DNA of 63,093 nucleotides, counting the filler, from Octopus bimaculoides (lineage: Eukaryota), in the NCBI RefSeq assembly GCF_001194135.2. It is 10 parts of 9 records of this genome, joined end to end, with 100 filler letters (N's around TTAATTAATTAA, not from the genome) between each part and the next. Parts side by side here need not be neighbours in the genome. Positions count along the whole stretch, not along the records: positions 47,172 to 52,714 come from NC_069008.1; positions 52,815 to 57,364 come from NC_068983.1; positions 57,465 to 59,342 come from NW_026403611.1; positions 59,443 to 63,093 come from NC_069010.1; 6 more parts are not named here. The stretch is one strand, 5' to 3'. Positions 49,869 to 61,797 of the stretch are shown here, one piece after another. The notes beneath the pieces were generated by a model that was not told the origin of the DNA, made no database searches, and worked only from the letters and a program-made list of their open reading frames with translations. Position 1 is the first letter of the stretch, and each line of letters starts with the position of its first letter. Position numbers and translations under genes: made by a program.

Positions 49869-50492
49869 TATATGTGTGTGTATATATATATATATGGATT
49901 CTTAGACAACACAATACAGAACTATATAACCAACTATATACAACTATATACCACAACAACAACACCTCTACCACAATCACCATAACAACCACCACCACCA
50001 ACAACAACAACAACCACCACCAAAACAAGAGCAACAATACCCTATTGATCACACGCCTGTCTATCTACCCAGTACGTTTAATGAAACGTGCCTTGTTATA
50101 ATGAATTTATAATAAACCGAGGGTCCTTTTGTTTTCTGTTGGGAAACAATATTTGAAGTGGACAATCATCGGTGTGAATGGTATGAATACCAGCAACAAT
50201 TACTGGACAGTTGTGGACAGTTTTCATATCATTGGACGTTAGTTACAGCAGGAATCATTGCTGCTATCAGCGGACAGTCTGAGAACCTAAGCTCTGTCTT
50301 GGCATTCAAAGAGAGTGCTAACCTCTGTCGCAGTTTTGGAAGCAGGGGATAATATTGAGATTTTTAGGCAGTCTTTATATTTGCGGACATTACTATTAAA
50401 AGTGGACGGTTGTTCGAGCAGTGGACATTACTATTAAAAGTGGACGGTTGTTCGAGCAGTGGACATTACTGGACAGTAATAGGGGACAGTCC

Positions 50493-50556
50493 TGACGTCA
50501 GTAACTCGGTTGACCACGAAACACATAGGTGCTGCCTTTTTCGTCAACAAACAAAG
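50493..50556 (+). promoter_or_regulatory. Candidate promoter/non-coding first exon: perfect CRE (TGACGTCA 50493-50500) and donor AAG/GTAAGG at 50557
   Basis: Motifs read directly; would splice to the acceptor at 51691 ahead of the signal-peptide ATG (inference). Confidence 0.4.
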
Positions 50557-50669
50557 GTAAGGGCTGTTTCATAATCTCCCACTTACTTTGTGTGTGTGTG
50601 TGTGTGTATGTGTGTGTGAGTTCCTTTATATCCGTGTGTGTGTTTGTGCATGTGTAAGTGTTAGATTTG

Positions 50670-50965
50670 GGATTACGGTGAGGGGTTTAACTGATAAAAT
50701 GTTGGGTTCGCTCGCGATCATAAGATTATGGTTTCCGAATCGAGCAGTGCATTGTATCCTTGAGCAAGGTACTTCATTTCCACGTTACTTCACTCCACTC
50801 ACCTGGAAACTAATTACAAGTGATAACCAGAGGAATGTCCACCCCTGTGAAGGACTGGTGTCCTGTACAACAGGTAACCTTCACCGGGTAGTCTTCTAAT
50901 CTTGGTCACTTTTAAATGCTCCAGAAACCAGAAGAAGCTCCGGCCTCTTGGACCTGGAGGCTTCA
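50670..50965 (+). mobile_element. Old tRNA-derived SINE with conserved metazoan-type core and tail
   Basis: ttgtatccttgagcaaggtacttc...cactccactcacctg...cccctgtgaaggactggtgtcctgt...atgctccagaaaccagaagaagctccggcc. Confidence 0.65.
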
Positions 50966-51179
50966 GGCAGACTTTTACTGAAAACTTTATGGTGCCTCCA
51001 CCTGGAAAGACGAGAGAAAATATCTCTCTTTGTTTAGCCCTAGGCTGGCTGTGATTGAGCAGATCTATACTCGAAGCCATCTCGTCAGTTTATTCAGAAA
51101 TACGGTCGTCATGATGACATTATCTTTTGGTGATGTTTTTGTTGTTGCTGTCATCATTGGCGGCGTCTTCTTGTTTTGC

Positions 51180-51387
51180 ATCAGAGCAGGTCTGTAGTAC
51201 TTTGCTCCAAGACGTTCCAGCTGTGACCACCCCGTGGCTGTGTGCTTCGTAAGTCCCAATGCCAATGGTTATGTGATCCATATGCTTGGTGTACCCTTAT
51301 CAGACGGGTAGTCATGATGGCTGAACTGGGCTTCGTATATTTGTATCCCAGAGTCACTTTGATGGCATCCGCTGCTCTCTCTCACTC

Positions 51388-51424
<37 letters not shown>
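51180..51424 (+). mobile_element. Retroposon 3' end with (AAT)n tail
   Basis: GC-richer body ending gctctctctcactc followed by (AAT)n 51390-51423. Confidence 0.5.
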
Positions 51425-51703
51425 GAGCTAATTACACCAAGTTACAAAGGGGTCAGCGTCGGGATTCGGCCCTTTGAAGGATGTGTGACAGCAGAAACGC
51501 TACAATTTCACATATTGTGAGTGTGGCAAGCTGGTCCAACACTTGTAATTTATTTTTCTTGTTTTTTAAAATACATTTCATACACCTCTCTCTCTCTCTC
51601 TTTCTCTCTCACCATCTCTCCCTCTCTCTCTCTCACACACACACCCTCTGATGATCCTAAAACGAAAATGCTTCAATTTCGCCCATTCCAGTCAAAACCA
51701 AAA

Positions 51704-51869
51704 ATGCTGCTGCTGCTTCTAATCCTTGCAACGATCCTGACCGTTTCCTCGAATCAGGGATCTCCTGGAGCCTACTACAAATCTTTGGTCCCTGGTTACT
51801 CCTATGATTACGTTCGGACATCAACAGAAGAATTCTCCACAACAAGAAGTCTACTGGAATGTTCCGTCA
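51704..51869 (+). CDS. First coding exon of a secreted protein: signal peptide plus start of a PAN/apple-like segment (cut by gap)
   Basis: Acceptor cccattccag at 51691, aaaaATG, MLLLLLILATILTVSS then NQGSPGAYYKSLVPGYSYDYVRTSTEEFSTTRSLLECSV; PAN assignment rests only on the SLLEC pattern. Confidence 0.7.
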
Positions 51870-51885
51870 NNNNNNNNNNNNNNNT

Positions 51886-52140
51886 AGGATGTGTGCAGTG
51901 CCCAGTAGTGCAATTTTCTGTATGTTATATATATTTGTAAGTCCTGGTGTTTTTGTTATGTATTTGCCTGAATATTTTTTTATTATACCTAAGGCACCTA
52001 CTATGATAGGAATTGTTTCTGTTTTTAGATTCCACATTCGAGTTACCTCTATTTCCAGGTCTTTGTATTTTGAAAGTTTCTCCATTTCTTTTAGGGAAAT
52101 GTTGTCATCTGCTGGTATTGATACATCAATTAGAAAGCAT
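51886..52140 (-). mobile_element. R4/Dong-like LINE C-terminal fragment in an intron, 5' junction at (TAA)n
   Basis: CFLIDVSIPADDNISLKEMEKLSKYKDLEIEVTRMWNLKTETIPIIVGALG..ALLGTAHIL; abuts (TAT)n 52141-52195. Confidence 0.9.
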
Positions 52141-52148
52141 TATTATTA

Positions 52149-52196
<48 letters not shown>

Positions 52197-52365
52197 CTTG
52201 AACACTTACATTTATTAGTCTACAAGTATTTTTTACCTCTCTTTAATGATTATGTCTGGTCTATTAGCCTGGATCGTTCTGTCATTTTTTATCTTAAACG
52301 ACTGGTTCAGGATGTTGTTGTTGTTGTTATTATTATTATTGTTGTTGTTGTTGTTGTTATTACAG

Positions 52366-52544
52366 ACAGCGAATGGATTAAAACCTACGCCATATCAATG
52401 GGAGCAAATTCGTTAATCTATAATTCCATACTCAATATAGGAAGTCCTTCAACATGGAATGTGGACAAATGCATTGGTAGCTATTGTCCGAATTTTTTCC
52501 GACACCCTCTGCTTGATATGTGGAACAAACTTCCGATTGATGAG
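52366..52544 (+). CDS. Internal coding exon of the same secreted protein (uncharacterised molluscan-type extracellular domain)
   Basis: ttacag acceptor, GAG/GTATGT donor, 179 nt phase 1 to 0, stop-free: SEWIKTYAISMGANSLIYNSILNIGSPSTWNVDKCIGSYCPNFFRHPLLDMWNKLPIDE. Confidence 0.8.
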
Positions 52545-52844
52545 GTATGTATACACATATTCTAATGCTGTATATACTCTTGAAGAATGCCACAGTAAAT
52601 TTTCCTATTTTTGTATTTATTTTAATTATGATGCATAAATAGCTATTTTAATCCAATACCGTTAGTGATGTGTATGAGGGATTTCTATTCAGTCGGGTGA
52701 TTATTCGCAACACCNNNNNNNNNNNNNNNNNNNNNNNNNNNNNNNNNNNNNNNNNNNNTTAATTAATTAANNNNNNNNNNNNNNNNNNNNNNNNNNNNNN
52801 NNNNNNNNNNNNNNATATATATATATATATATATATATATACTA

Positions 52845-53075
52845 GCTAATGTGTGTGCTTGTGTTTGTCTCTCCATACCACATGACAGTCGGTGTTGATT
52901 TGTTTTACGTCACTTTTACATAACGGTTCGGCAAAAGAAACCGATAGAATAAATAGCAGACTTTTAAAAACTAAGTACTAAGGATCAATTTGTTAATCCG
53001 GAAAAAAAAGTTTCTTCAATGCGGTGTCCCAGCATGGCCGCACTATAATAATTGAAACAAATAAAAGAAGATACA
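52845..53075 (+). mobile_element. SINE AB 3' half
   Basis: cggttcggcaaaagaaaccgatagaata...ggtgtcccagcatggccgca. Confidence 0.75.
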
Positions 53076-53665
53076 AACAAATGACGTCACACAGTATAGC
53101 AAAAGCTACGCTTTACGTATGTCTTTCTATTCTTCTATTGTGGTGGAACATTAGTTTGCTCAAGAACTGCATTCAAAAAATGCGATTAACAAATTGTGTA
53201 CTGGGCCTTATATTCTTATATTCTTATATTCTTATCTGTATTATCTTTAATTTCAGCTTAGTTAATTAACGGACACGTTTATATACACTCTTCATATATA
53301 TACATAATATAAATTATCGCAAAACTATTTATACTATCAGACGACTCCTGTAAATAGTAATTTAGCCAATCCCTTTTGGAACAATACGGTTATGACGTAA
53401 TACGGTGAGAGGAATGTGTATGTGTGTTTGTGTGTGTGTGTGTGTGTGAGTGAGTGTGTGTTTGTGCTCGTATGAATATATATGTGTATACGTACATACA
53501 TAGGTACATACATATATACATACATACAGAAAGAGAGAGAAAGAGAGAGAGAGGCTTGAGCCTATTTGGGTCTACTTGTTGATCATTGTCAAGAGAAAGT
53601 TAAAAATAGAATTTAGCGCAGTTCAGCGAAAGAAATCGGCAAAATAATTTAGTACTAAACCAGTA

Positions 53666-53885
53666 CAGTAATCCCTCGACTATCGCGGGTATTACGTTCC
53701 TAAAACGCCGCGATGGGTGAAAATCCGCGAAGTAGAACCGGTACCCTACTGTGCTTTTCTTCATTGTTTTTATAATTTGTATATATTTATTTTATTATAA
53801 ATGCAAAACAACACCATGGAGGAATCGACATAAACTTAAATAATGAACCGTGATAGGTGAACCGCGAAATAGCGAGGGATTACTG
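53666..53885. mobile_element. 220-bp pogo/Tigger-type MITE
   Basis: TIRs cagtaatccctcgactatcgcgg and ccgcgaaatagcgagggattactg; TA on the left, CA on the right. Confidence 0.85.
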
Positions 53886-53902
53886 CACTGCGGGTGATTT
53901 GT

Positions 53903-54105
53903 TCTTTGATAACTTTGATAATTTTGAGAGGTTTCGGCCAGTATAGGCCCAGGCCATGTCTAACTGAATAGCATCACCTGGTGAAGTCTTTTAGTCGTAT
54001 ATGGGGAACTCTAGCGAAGAGTTATTATTGTTGGAGACATGTCCGGGTCTAGGAGGTTGGTTCGGGATTTTTTGAAGAAATTTGTCCAGTGAACTTTTGA
54101 ATTTT
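53903..54105 (-). mobile_element. CR1/L2-type LINE 3' end
   Basis: FKSSLDKFLQKIPNQPPRPG; terminal stem-loop ggcc-tatact-ggcc and tandem ttatcaaag tail. Confidence 0.75.
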
Positions 54106-54361
54106 NNNNNNNNNNNNNNNNNNNNNNNNNNNNNNNNNNNNNNNNNNNNNNNNNNNNNNNNNNNNNNNNNNNNNNNNNNNNNNNNNNNNNNNNNNNNNNN
54201 NNNNNNNNNNNNNNNNNNNNNNNNNNNNNNNNNNNNNNNNNNNNNNNNNNNNNNNNNNNNNNNNNNNNNNNNNNNNNNNNNNNNNNNNNNNNNNNNNNNN
54301 NNNNNNNNNNNNNNNNNNNNNNNNNNNNNNNNNNNNNNNNNNNNNNNNNNNNNNNNNNNNN

Positions 54362-55432
54362 NGATCTTTGCATTATTATTTTCGATGATGCCTTCAGGTT
54401 TGTGGTCGTACAAATTTTTTGCTCTGTCAAGTCCATACTTGTTGCAAAGTGTCCAATGGACAAGTCTTGCTATATTGTCGTAGCGTCTCATATTCCTTCT
54501 GGGCTAGTGGTGTACATTGGCTGGTAATATGCCATATGGTTTCACCATTTTGTCCACAGATTCTGCACTTATCACTTTCTGATGTGTTGTATATTCTGTA
54601 TTTTATGTAGTTTGTTCTTAGTGCTTGCTCTTGGGCAGCACAGATTAGAGCCTCCATTTCCGGTTTTAAATCACTTTTAGTCGTCCACATCTTTTTTCTC
54701 TGTTTGTCATATTTTCAACATTCCTATGAAATTGACCATGCATTCTTTTCAGTTTCATTCGTTTTCAATTTCTTGTACAGTACTTTATCTTTGCAGTCTT
54801 TCATCCTACACAAGCTTGACCTTCTTACTTCTAATAATAGTGGTTCTGTGGAATTTTTTTATATACCATGCTATGCTGTTTTCTTCTGCTCTAATACTGT
54901 GTTCGCATCCAATAAGTCCTCTTCCCACTCTTTTTCTTGGTACATACATTCTGTCTGTCACTTTCTGGATGAAGTGACCCATATCTAGTTAGCAACTTCT
55001 TTGTCTTTCTGTCTAAGCTGTTTAGTTCGTCTGCTGTCCATGCGAATACCCCTGCTCCATATCTAAGGAGTGAAACCGCCCAGGTGTTGATAGCTTCGAT
55101 CTTATTCCGTTCGTTTAATTTCAACTTAAGGATCAGTTTTAGTCTGCGCAAGTACTCCACCTTGAATTTTTCTGTCATTTCTTTCACCATCAATTTATCC
55201 ATTTCCAAAATCCCCAAGTAATTTATAACCCGTCTTTTCTGTCTGCTTTATAACCTCCTCTGACGGTATCGTTAGCTCGTCCATACATTTGACTTTGCCT
55301 TTCTTCAGGTCTAACATACCACACTTTTTCAGTCCGAATTCCATTCTGATATCAGCTCTGATAGTATACACCGTATCAACTGACTTGGGATTCATCTTTA
55401 CCATAAAGTTTGAGGTCATCCATCAATAACAA
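54362..55432 (-). mobile_element. 5'-truncated R4/Dong-like LINE relic
   Basis: LMDDLKLYGK, MEFGLKKCG, AINTWAVSLLRYGAG, EALICAAQEQALRTN, CRICGQNGETIWHITSQC, DNIARLVHW; frameshifted. Confidence 0.9.
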
Positions 55433-56584
55433 ATATATATATATATCCTTTACCAGTCAACAAAGTTAAGTGAACTTAACTACCTACAAAATTAATAGCA
55501 CAACTGCAAAGAATTATCTGCGTATAACAACACCTCGAAAAAGTTGTATTACATTGTAATAATAAAACAAGAGCACCCAGAGAGCACAAACCTCCGCCAA
55601 GGCAACACCAACATCCTCTCAACGATTAGCCGGAAATGATTTTTAAAATGAGAATATCTGAAATAAACTCGACTTCTCTCACAAACGAGAATACAAAAAA
55701 ATGAACCCGACCGCTCTTAAAAATTAAGNNNNNNNNNNNNNNNNNNNNNNNNNNNNNNNNNNNNNNNNNNNNNNNNNNNNNNNNNNNNNNNNNNNNNNNN
55801 NNNNNNNNNNNNNNNNNNNNNNNNNNNNNNNNNNNNNNNNNNNNNNNNNNNNNNNNNNNNNNNNNNNNNNNNNNNNNNNNNNNNNNNNNNNNNNNNNNNN
55901 NNNNNNNNNNNNNNNNNNNNNNNNNNNNNNNNNNNNNNNNNNNNNNNNNNNNNNNNNNNNNNNNNNNNNNNNNNNNNNNNNNNNNNNNNNNNNNNNNNNN
56001 NNNNNNNNNNNNNNNNNNNNNNNNNNNNNNNNNNNNNNNNNNNNNNNNNNNNNNNNNNNNNNNNNNNNNNNNNNNNNNNNNNNNNNNNNNNNNNNNNNNN
56101 NNNNNNNNNNNNNNNNNNNNNNNNNNNNNNNNNNNNNNNNNNNNNNNNNNNNNNNNNNNNNNNNNNNNNNNNNNNNNNNNNNNNNNNNNNNNNNNNNNNN
56201 NNNNNNNNNNNNNNNNNNNNNNNNNNNNNNNNNNNNNNNNNNNNNNNNNNNNNNNNNNNNNNNNNNNNNNNNNNNNNNNNNNNNNNNNNNNNNNNNNNNN
56301 NNNNNNNNNNNNNNNNNNNNNNNNNNNNNNNNNNNNNNNNNNNNNNNNNNNNNNNNNNNNNNNNNNNNNNNNNNNNNNNNNNNNNNNNNNNNNNNNNNNN
56401 NNNNNNNNNNNNNNNNNNNNNNNNNNNNNNNNNNNNNNNNNNNNNNNNNNNNNNNNNNNNNNNNNNNNNNNNNNNNNNNNNNNNNNNNNNNNNNNNNNNN
56501 NNNNNNNNNNNNNNNNNNNNNNNNNNNNNNNNNNNNNNNNNNNNNNNNNNNNNNNNNNNNNNNNNNNNNNNNNNNNNNAGGTTT

Positions 56585-56690
56585 TGGGTGGCTCGAAACT
56601 ACAGTAGAAGACGCTTGCCCAAGATGCCACGCTCTGTGACTGAACCCGGAATCAGGTGGCTGGTAAGCAAGCTTCTTACCACACAGCCAC
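56585..56690 (-). mobile_element. SINE AB head fragment
   Basis: ttgcccaagatgccacgc...actgaacccggaatc...agcaagcttcttaccacacagcca. Confidence 0.75.
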
Positions 56691-56949
56691 GTCAGCAGCT
56701 ACATATTTCAATGGTTTCATTAATTTTTTTGGCATCGAAGAACTTCAATACAAAAATCTCTATTAACTAACCTTATAGTACTTGATCAACTTCTGGCAGT
56801 TTACATTTTATTTTGATTTGATGTACTCAGACAATGAAAACATGAATAGTTGTAGTTTTGCGAACTTCAATAAAAATCAATTCAAAAGCTTTGATACAAA
56901 GTCACAAAACGCTAGGAAGACGCACGTTCTTAATTACATTACAACTAGC

Positions 56950-57150
56950 AAAGATGGCGAACTGCCAGAATCACTAGCACAACGGGCAAAATGCCTAGTG
57001 GTGTTTCATCCGTCTTTACATTCTCAGTTCAAATGTCCCTGGGGTCGACTTTGCTTCCATTTTTTTTTAGGTGCCAGTTGAGCGTTGGGGTTGATGTGAT
57101 CAACTTGCTCCTCCACCGAAATTGCTGGCCTTGTGCCAAAATTTGAAACA
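56950..57150 (+). mobile_element. tRNA-derived SINE, family C (diverged)
   Basis: ggcgaactgccagaatc...gggcaaaatgc...cagttcaaatg...ggggtcgactttgc...aaattgctggccttgtgcc. Confidence 0.75.
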
Positions 57151-57464
57151 TATTATTACTAGCATACGTGTGTCCTAAAAAATGCTAATGATAGAAAAAT
57201 GGAGCATCAAAACTACGGGAGAAACTAACGATAAGTGTCAGCAATCGAGTAAATATATTTACATGCAAAGAATTGAAGAACTTGAACAATCAGTTGTTCT
57301 TGTAATGATTCTGTTGAAGATATTATTACCCACATAATGTGTGTGTATGTGCGTGTATATATATNNNNNNNNNNNNNNNNNNNNNNNNNNNNNNNNNNNN
57401 NNNNNNNNTTAATTAATTAANNNNNNNNNNNNNNNNNNNNNNNNNNNNNNNNNNNNNNNNNNNN

Positions 57465-57497
<33 letters not shown>

Positions 57498-59465
57498 CGT
57501 ATGTATGCATATATAGGTGTGTGTGCGTACGTGTCTGCATGAACCTACACATTTCAATTGGACGCGTGCTCGCATATTTTTGGTTGATTCCTATTTTAAT
57601 TTGCATCATCGCGTGCGCTTCTATTTACGTATTTACATAAGATTTAACTAAATTAAGCTCAATGTTAAAAAAGTTTGTTAGCTTTGCGAGATTAAATTTA
57701 CAATAACCATTCCTATGTAATTCTGTCACAAAACGTATGTGAGCGCATATGTGCGTACCGGAGTGTTTGTGTATGCGTGTTTGTGCATGTGTTTGAAAGC
57801 ATGTGAATATGTGTGTGCAAGCGCATACGTGTGAATGTGTACATGAATACGAAATATATTGATAATTTTCAACTGAACTCATTCAAGGATATAAAAATGA
57901 TATTATGTTAGCCCCCTCACCGCTTCACCATCACCACCACCACGAGAGTTTCAAACTTAATAAATTTGTCATACAAATTGGTAGACGTATACTTGCAAAC
58001 GATTGTGCCAGAAGCGAAGGCAAAATAGCAGAACAACTTTATAACACCCACAGGGATTTCAATATGAAAATGATTGCGAGCACAAAACATACTCCAGGTT
58101 CTAATATAATATACACAGCCTAATTTACGCATAATGGTCGTGTTCCTTTTGTAAAATTGTGCATGAACATATATGTGCGTCTGTATGTGTCTATATATAC
58201 ATAAAAGTGTATATACGTATATATATNNNNNNNNNNNNNNNNNNNNNNNNNNNNNNNNNNNNNNNNNNNNNNNNNNNNNNNNNNNNNNNNNNNNNNNNNN
58301 NNNNNNNNNNNNNNNNNNNNNNNNNNNNNNNNNNNNNNNNNNNNNNNNNNNNNNNNNNNNNNNNNNNNNNNNNNNNNNNNNNNNNNNNNNNNNNNNNNNN
58401 NNNNNNNNNNNNNNNNNNNNNNNNNNNNNNNNNNNNNNNNNNNNNNNNNNNNNNNNNNNNNNNNNNNNNNNNNNNNNNNNNNNNNNNNNNNNNNNNNNNN
58501 NNNNNNNNNNNNNNNNNNNNNNNNNNNNNNNNNNNNNNNNNNNNNNNNNNNNNNNNNNNNNNNNNNNNNNNNNNNNNNNNNNNNNNNNNNNNNNNNNNNN
58601 NNNNNNNNNNNNNNNNNNNNNNNNNNNNATGACTTACTACAAATATCTCATACAAATATATCTGCAGAAATAAACTTTGTGCCATTTAGGGAAAGTATAA
58701 GAAGGCTTTTGAGATTTAGCCAGCTTTAGAAATACTAGTCGAGCAACTGAAAAATGATTTTGTTTCTGTGATTAGCATCATGTTATTTTTCCGTACGTTA
58801 CATTTCGATTTTGCATAATTACGACTGTTTGCTTCAAAATCCTTTGTCATTTACTAGAGGTCTTTTCACCATATCTTTCTGGCACGAGCCATAGTTTCAA
58901 TGATTTTATACAGTATATTCAACTCTACACTTAGATAATATCTTAATCTCAGGGTTGAAGTCCTCGTAGATTCCTTATAAAGCATTCCAATAATTATAAT
59001 AATCTAAGCGTTAGTCGTTTTAGTAAATTTACCTCAACGTTCAGAATCCATACGTTCAATATTTTGACGGGAGGTGCGATGCGGTGTTGCAAATGTTGAC
59101 ACTATTTTTATGCAGCCTTTGACTTGGTTATATGATTTTAATAAGCATGTAACCCTATAAAGGGTCTCATATAATGTCAACGTTATGATGATCCAAAGAA
59201 TATTGGTAGAATGCAGGATAAAGATAGATATTCGTATATTCGTTCACTTGAGAGTAAATTACTCTCTCTCACTAACTAGCAATCACAATTTCTCTCTCTT
59301 TCTCCCTCTCTTTCTCCTTATTTATCTATCTATAAATGCATANNNNNNNNNNNNNNNNNNNNNNNNNNNNNNNNNNNNNNNNNNNNTTAATTAATTAANN
59401 NNNNNNNNNNNNNNNNNNNNNNNNNNNNNNNNNNNNNNNNNNATTTTATATATTATAGTCGTAGA

Positions 59466-59770
59466 AGTGGCACCTTGGGCACGTGTCTTCTACTATAGCC
59501 TCGGGCCGATCAAAGCCTTGTGAGTGGATTTGGTTGACGGAAACTGAAAGAAGCCCGTCGTATATATGTATATATGTGTGTTTGTGTGTCTGTGTTTGTC
59601 CCCCCAGCATCGCTTGACAACCGATGCTGGTGTGTTTACGTCCCCGTAACTTAGCGGTTCGGCAAAAAGAACCGATAGAATAAGTACAAGGCTAACAAAG
59701 AATAAGTCCTGGGGTCGACTAAAGGTGGTGCTCCAGCATGGCCGCAGTCAAATGACTGAGACAAGTTAGA
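59466..59770 (+). mobile_element. Composite SINE AB, 5'-truncated
   Basis: ggcaccttgggcacgtgtcttc...gaaagaagcccgtcg-(TA/TG)n-...cgtaacttagcggttcggc...ccagcatggccgcagtc. Confidence 0.9.
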
Positions 59771-60059
59771 GTTAAAGGGTTATTGCACTGACTAACAACG
59801 TGGGGGAGATTTTGCCATTGTTTCTAGCACGTGCGGCGACCACCTTCGTTTCTTAGTTTAATTGACATACTAATTTGTCTTGAACACCACATTAATGACT
59901 GACAAAATTATTTCATTAAATTCTTCACTGTTTTCAAAACTTAATTAAATACAGAGGTCCCGATCTATCTACGTAACGATCTAAAAGGGAGAATTAGTTT
60001 TAGGGTTACACATCCACACAGCGTACATTTAAAATGTTTTGTATGTAACACCTGTACTT

Positions 60060-60200
60060 ATGTAGTACCGTTAAGGGATCTCTGTATTTAAGTAGTACCG
60101 AAATTTGTCCAGAATTCGGTTCGAAGGTGATGGGATGTTTTTCTTCTTTGATCTGCTTTGGGACAATGTTAAATAGAGCAGCACCTGTTGAAAGGGACAA
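60060..60200 (-). mobile_element. CR1/L2-type LINE C-terminal relic
   Basis: GAALFNIVPKQIKEEKHPITF then, after a frameshift, RILDKF. Confidence 0.55.
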
Positions 60201-60426
60201 TAATTGTTTTGCAGTTTTATGTACGTGTTGTGACCCTGAATTGTGTGTAATAGACACATGCATTCATTTGCTCACGCGCACTCGCATTTTTTGTAGAATC
60301 ACCCACTCACAACTAGCTAGCGCGGGTGCGCGTTCGGGACCACTCTGCTTTAGTAGTACCATGTATATATATATATATATTTGTTTTGCAAGATTTTTGA
60401 TGTGAAATCGTGTGTTGAAACAGATG

Positions 60427-60631
60427 TTGTTGTACTTGGGGACGGTCATATTGCCAGTTTAGCCAATAAAAACACACGCACTGTATATTTGGTGTTAATT
60501 TGCTTCAGCTTTATATTACATTAATCTTTAAGATTAATGTAATATAAAGCTGAAGCAAATTAACACCAAATATACAGTGCGTGTGTTTTTATTGGCTAAA
60601 CTGGCAATAAGACCATCCCCAAGTACAACAA
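60427..60631. repeat. Near-perfect 205-bp palindrome (102-bp arms, 1-nt centre at 60529, 2 mismatches)
   Basis: Arms read as exact reverse complements except two distal positions; right arm ends at (AT)n and a gap. Confidence 0.95.
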
Positions 60632-61625
60632 TATATATATANNNNNNNNNNNNNNNNNNNNNNNNNNNNNNNNNNNNNNNNNNNNNNNNNNNNNNNNNNN
60701 NNNNNNNNNNNNNNNNNNNNNNNNNNNNNNNNNNNNNNNNNNNNNNNNNNNNNNNNNNNNNNNNNNNNNNNNNNNNNNNNNNNNNNNNNNNNNNNNNNNN
60801 NNNNNNNNNNNNNNNNNNNNNNNNNNNNNNNNNNNNNNNNNNNNNNNNNNNNNNNNNNNNNNNNNNNNNNNNNNNNNNNNNNNNNNNNNNNNNNNNNNNN
60901 NNNNNNNNNNNNNNNNNNNNNNNNNNNNNNNNNNNNNNNNNNNNNNNNNNNNNNNNNNNNNNNNNNNNNNNNNNNNNNNNNNNNNNNNNNNNNNNNNNNN
61001 NNNNNNNNNNNNNNNNNNNNNNNNNNNNNNNNNNNNNNNNNNNNNNNNNNNNNNNNNNNNNNNNNNNNNNNNNNNNNNNNNNNNNNNNNNNNNNNNNNNN
61101 NNNNNNNNNNNNNNNNNNNNNNNNNNNNNNNNNNNNNNNNNNNNNNNNNNNNNNNNNNNNNNNNNNNNNNNNNNNNNNNNNNNNNNNNNNNNNNNNNNNN
61201 NNNNNNNNNNNNNNNNNNNNNNNNNNNNNNNNNNNNNNNNNNNNNNNNNNNNNNNNNNNNNNNNNNNNNNNNNNNNNNNNNNNNNNNNNNNNNNNNNNNN
61301 NNNNNNNNNNNNNNNNNNNNNNNNNNNNNNNNNNNNNNNNNNNNNNNNNNNNNNNNNNNNNNNNNNNNNNNNNNNNNNNNNNNNNNNNNNNNNNNNNNNN
61401 NNNNNNNNNNNNNNNNNNNNNNNNNNNNNNNNNNNNNNNNNNNNNNNNNNNNNNNNNNNNNNNNNNNNNNNNNNNNNNNNNNNNNNNNNNNNNNNNNNNN
61501 NNNNNNNNNNNNNNNNNNNNNNNNNNNNNNNNNNNNNNNNNNNNNNNNNNNNNNNNNNNNNNNNNNNNNNNNNNNNNNNNNNNNNNNNNNNNNNNNNNNN
61601 NNNNNNNNNNNNNNNNNNNNNNGTC

Positions 61626-61797
61626 TGGGTACATGGAGTAAATAAAATCATGACCATAAACAGTTAAATATAAGAAATAATAATTTCTTAAAGTATGCGT
61701 TAATCCCCATGTGGGTACATGGAATAAATAAAATCATAACATAACAATTAAATATAAGAGATAATAATTTCTTAAAGTATGTGTTAATCCCCATGTA
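61626..61797. repeat. 86-bp tandem duplication, two diverged copies
   Basis: tgggtacatgga...ttaatccccatg at 61626 and 61712. Confidence 0.9.

Noticed and set aside
50385-50470. 38-bp direct repeats as a CRISPR-like array
   Set aside because: Units are contiguous with no spacers, in a eukaryotic context with no cas genes.
51465-51505. Hammerhead-like remnant (ggatg..cagca-GAAA-cg)
   Set aside because: Core and stem II too decayed; at most a dead relative of the 7328 motif.
53925-53960. Hairpin followed by GAAAC on the minus strand
   Set aside because: No CUGANGA; fits the terminal stem-loop of a CR1/L2 LINE.
57905-58123. ORF with a His6 run
   Set aside because: (CAC/CAT)n repeat; no splice or homology support.
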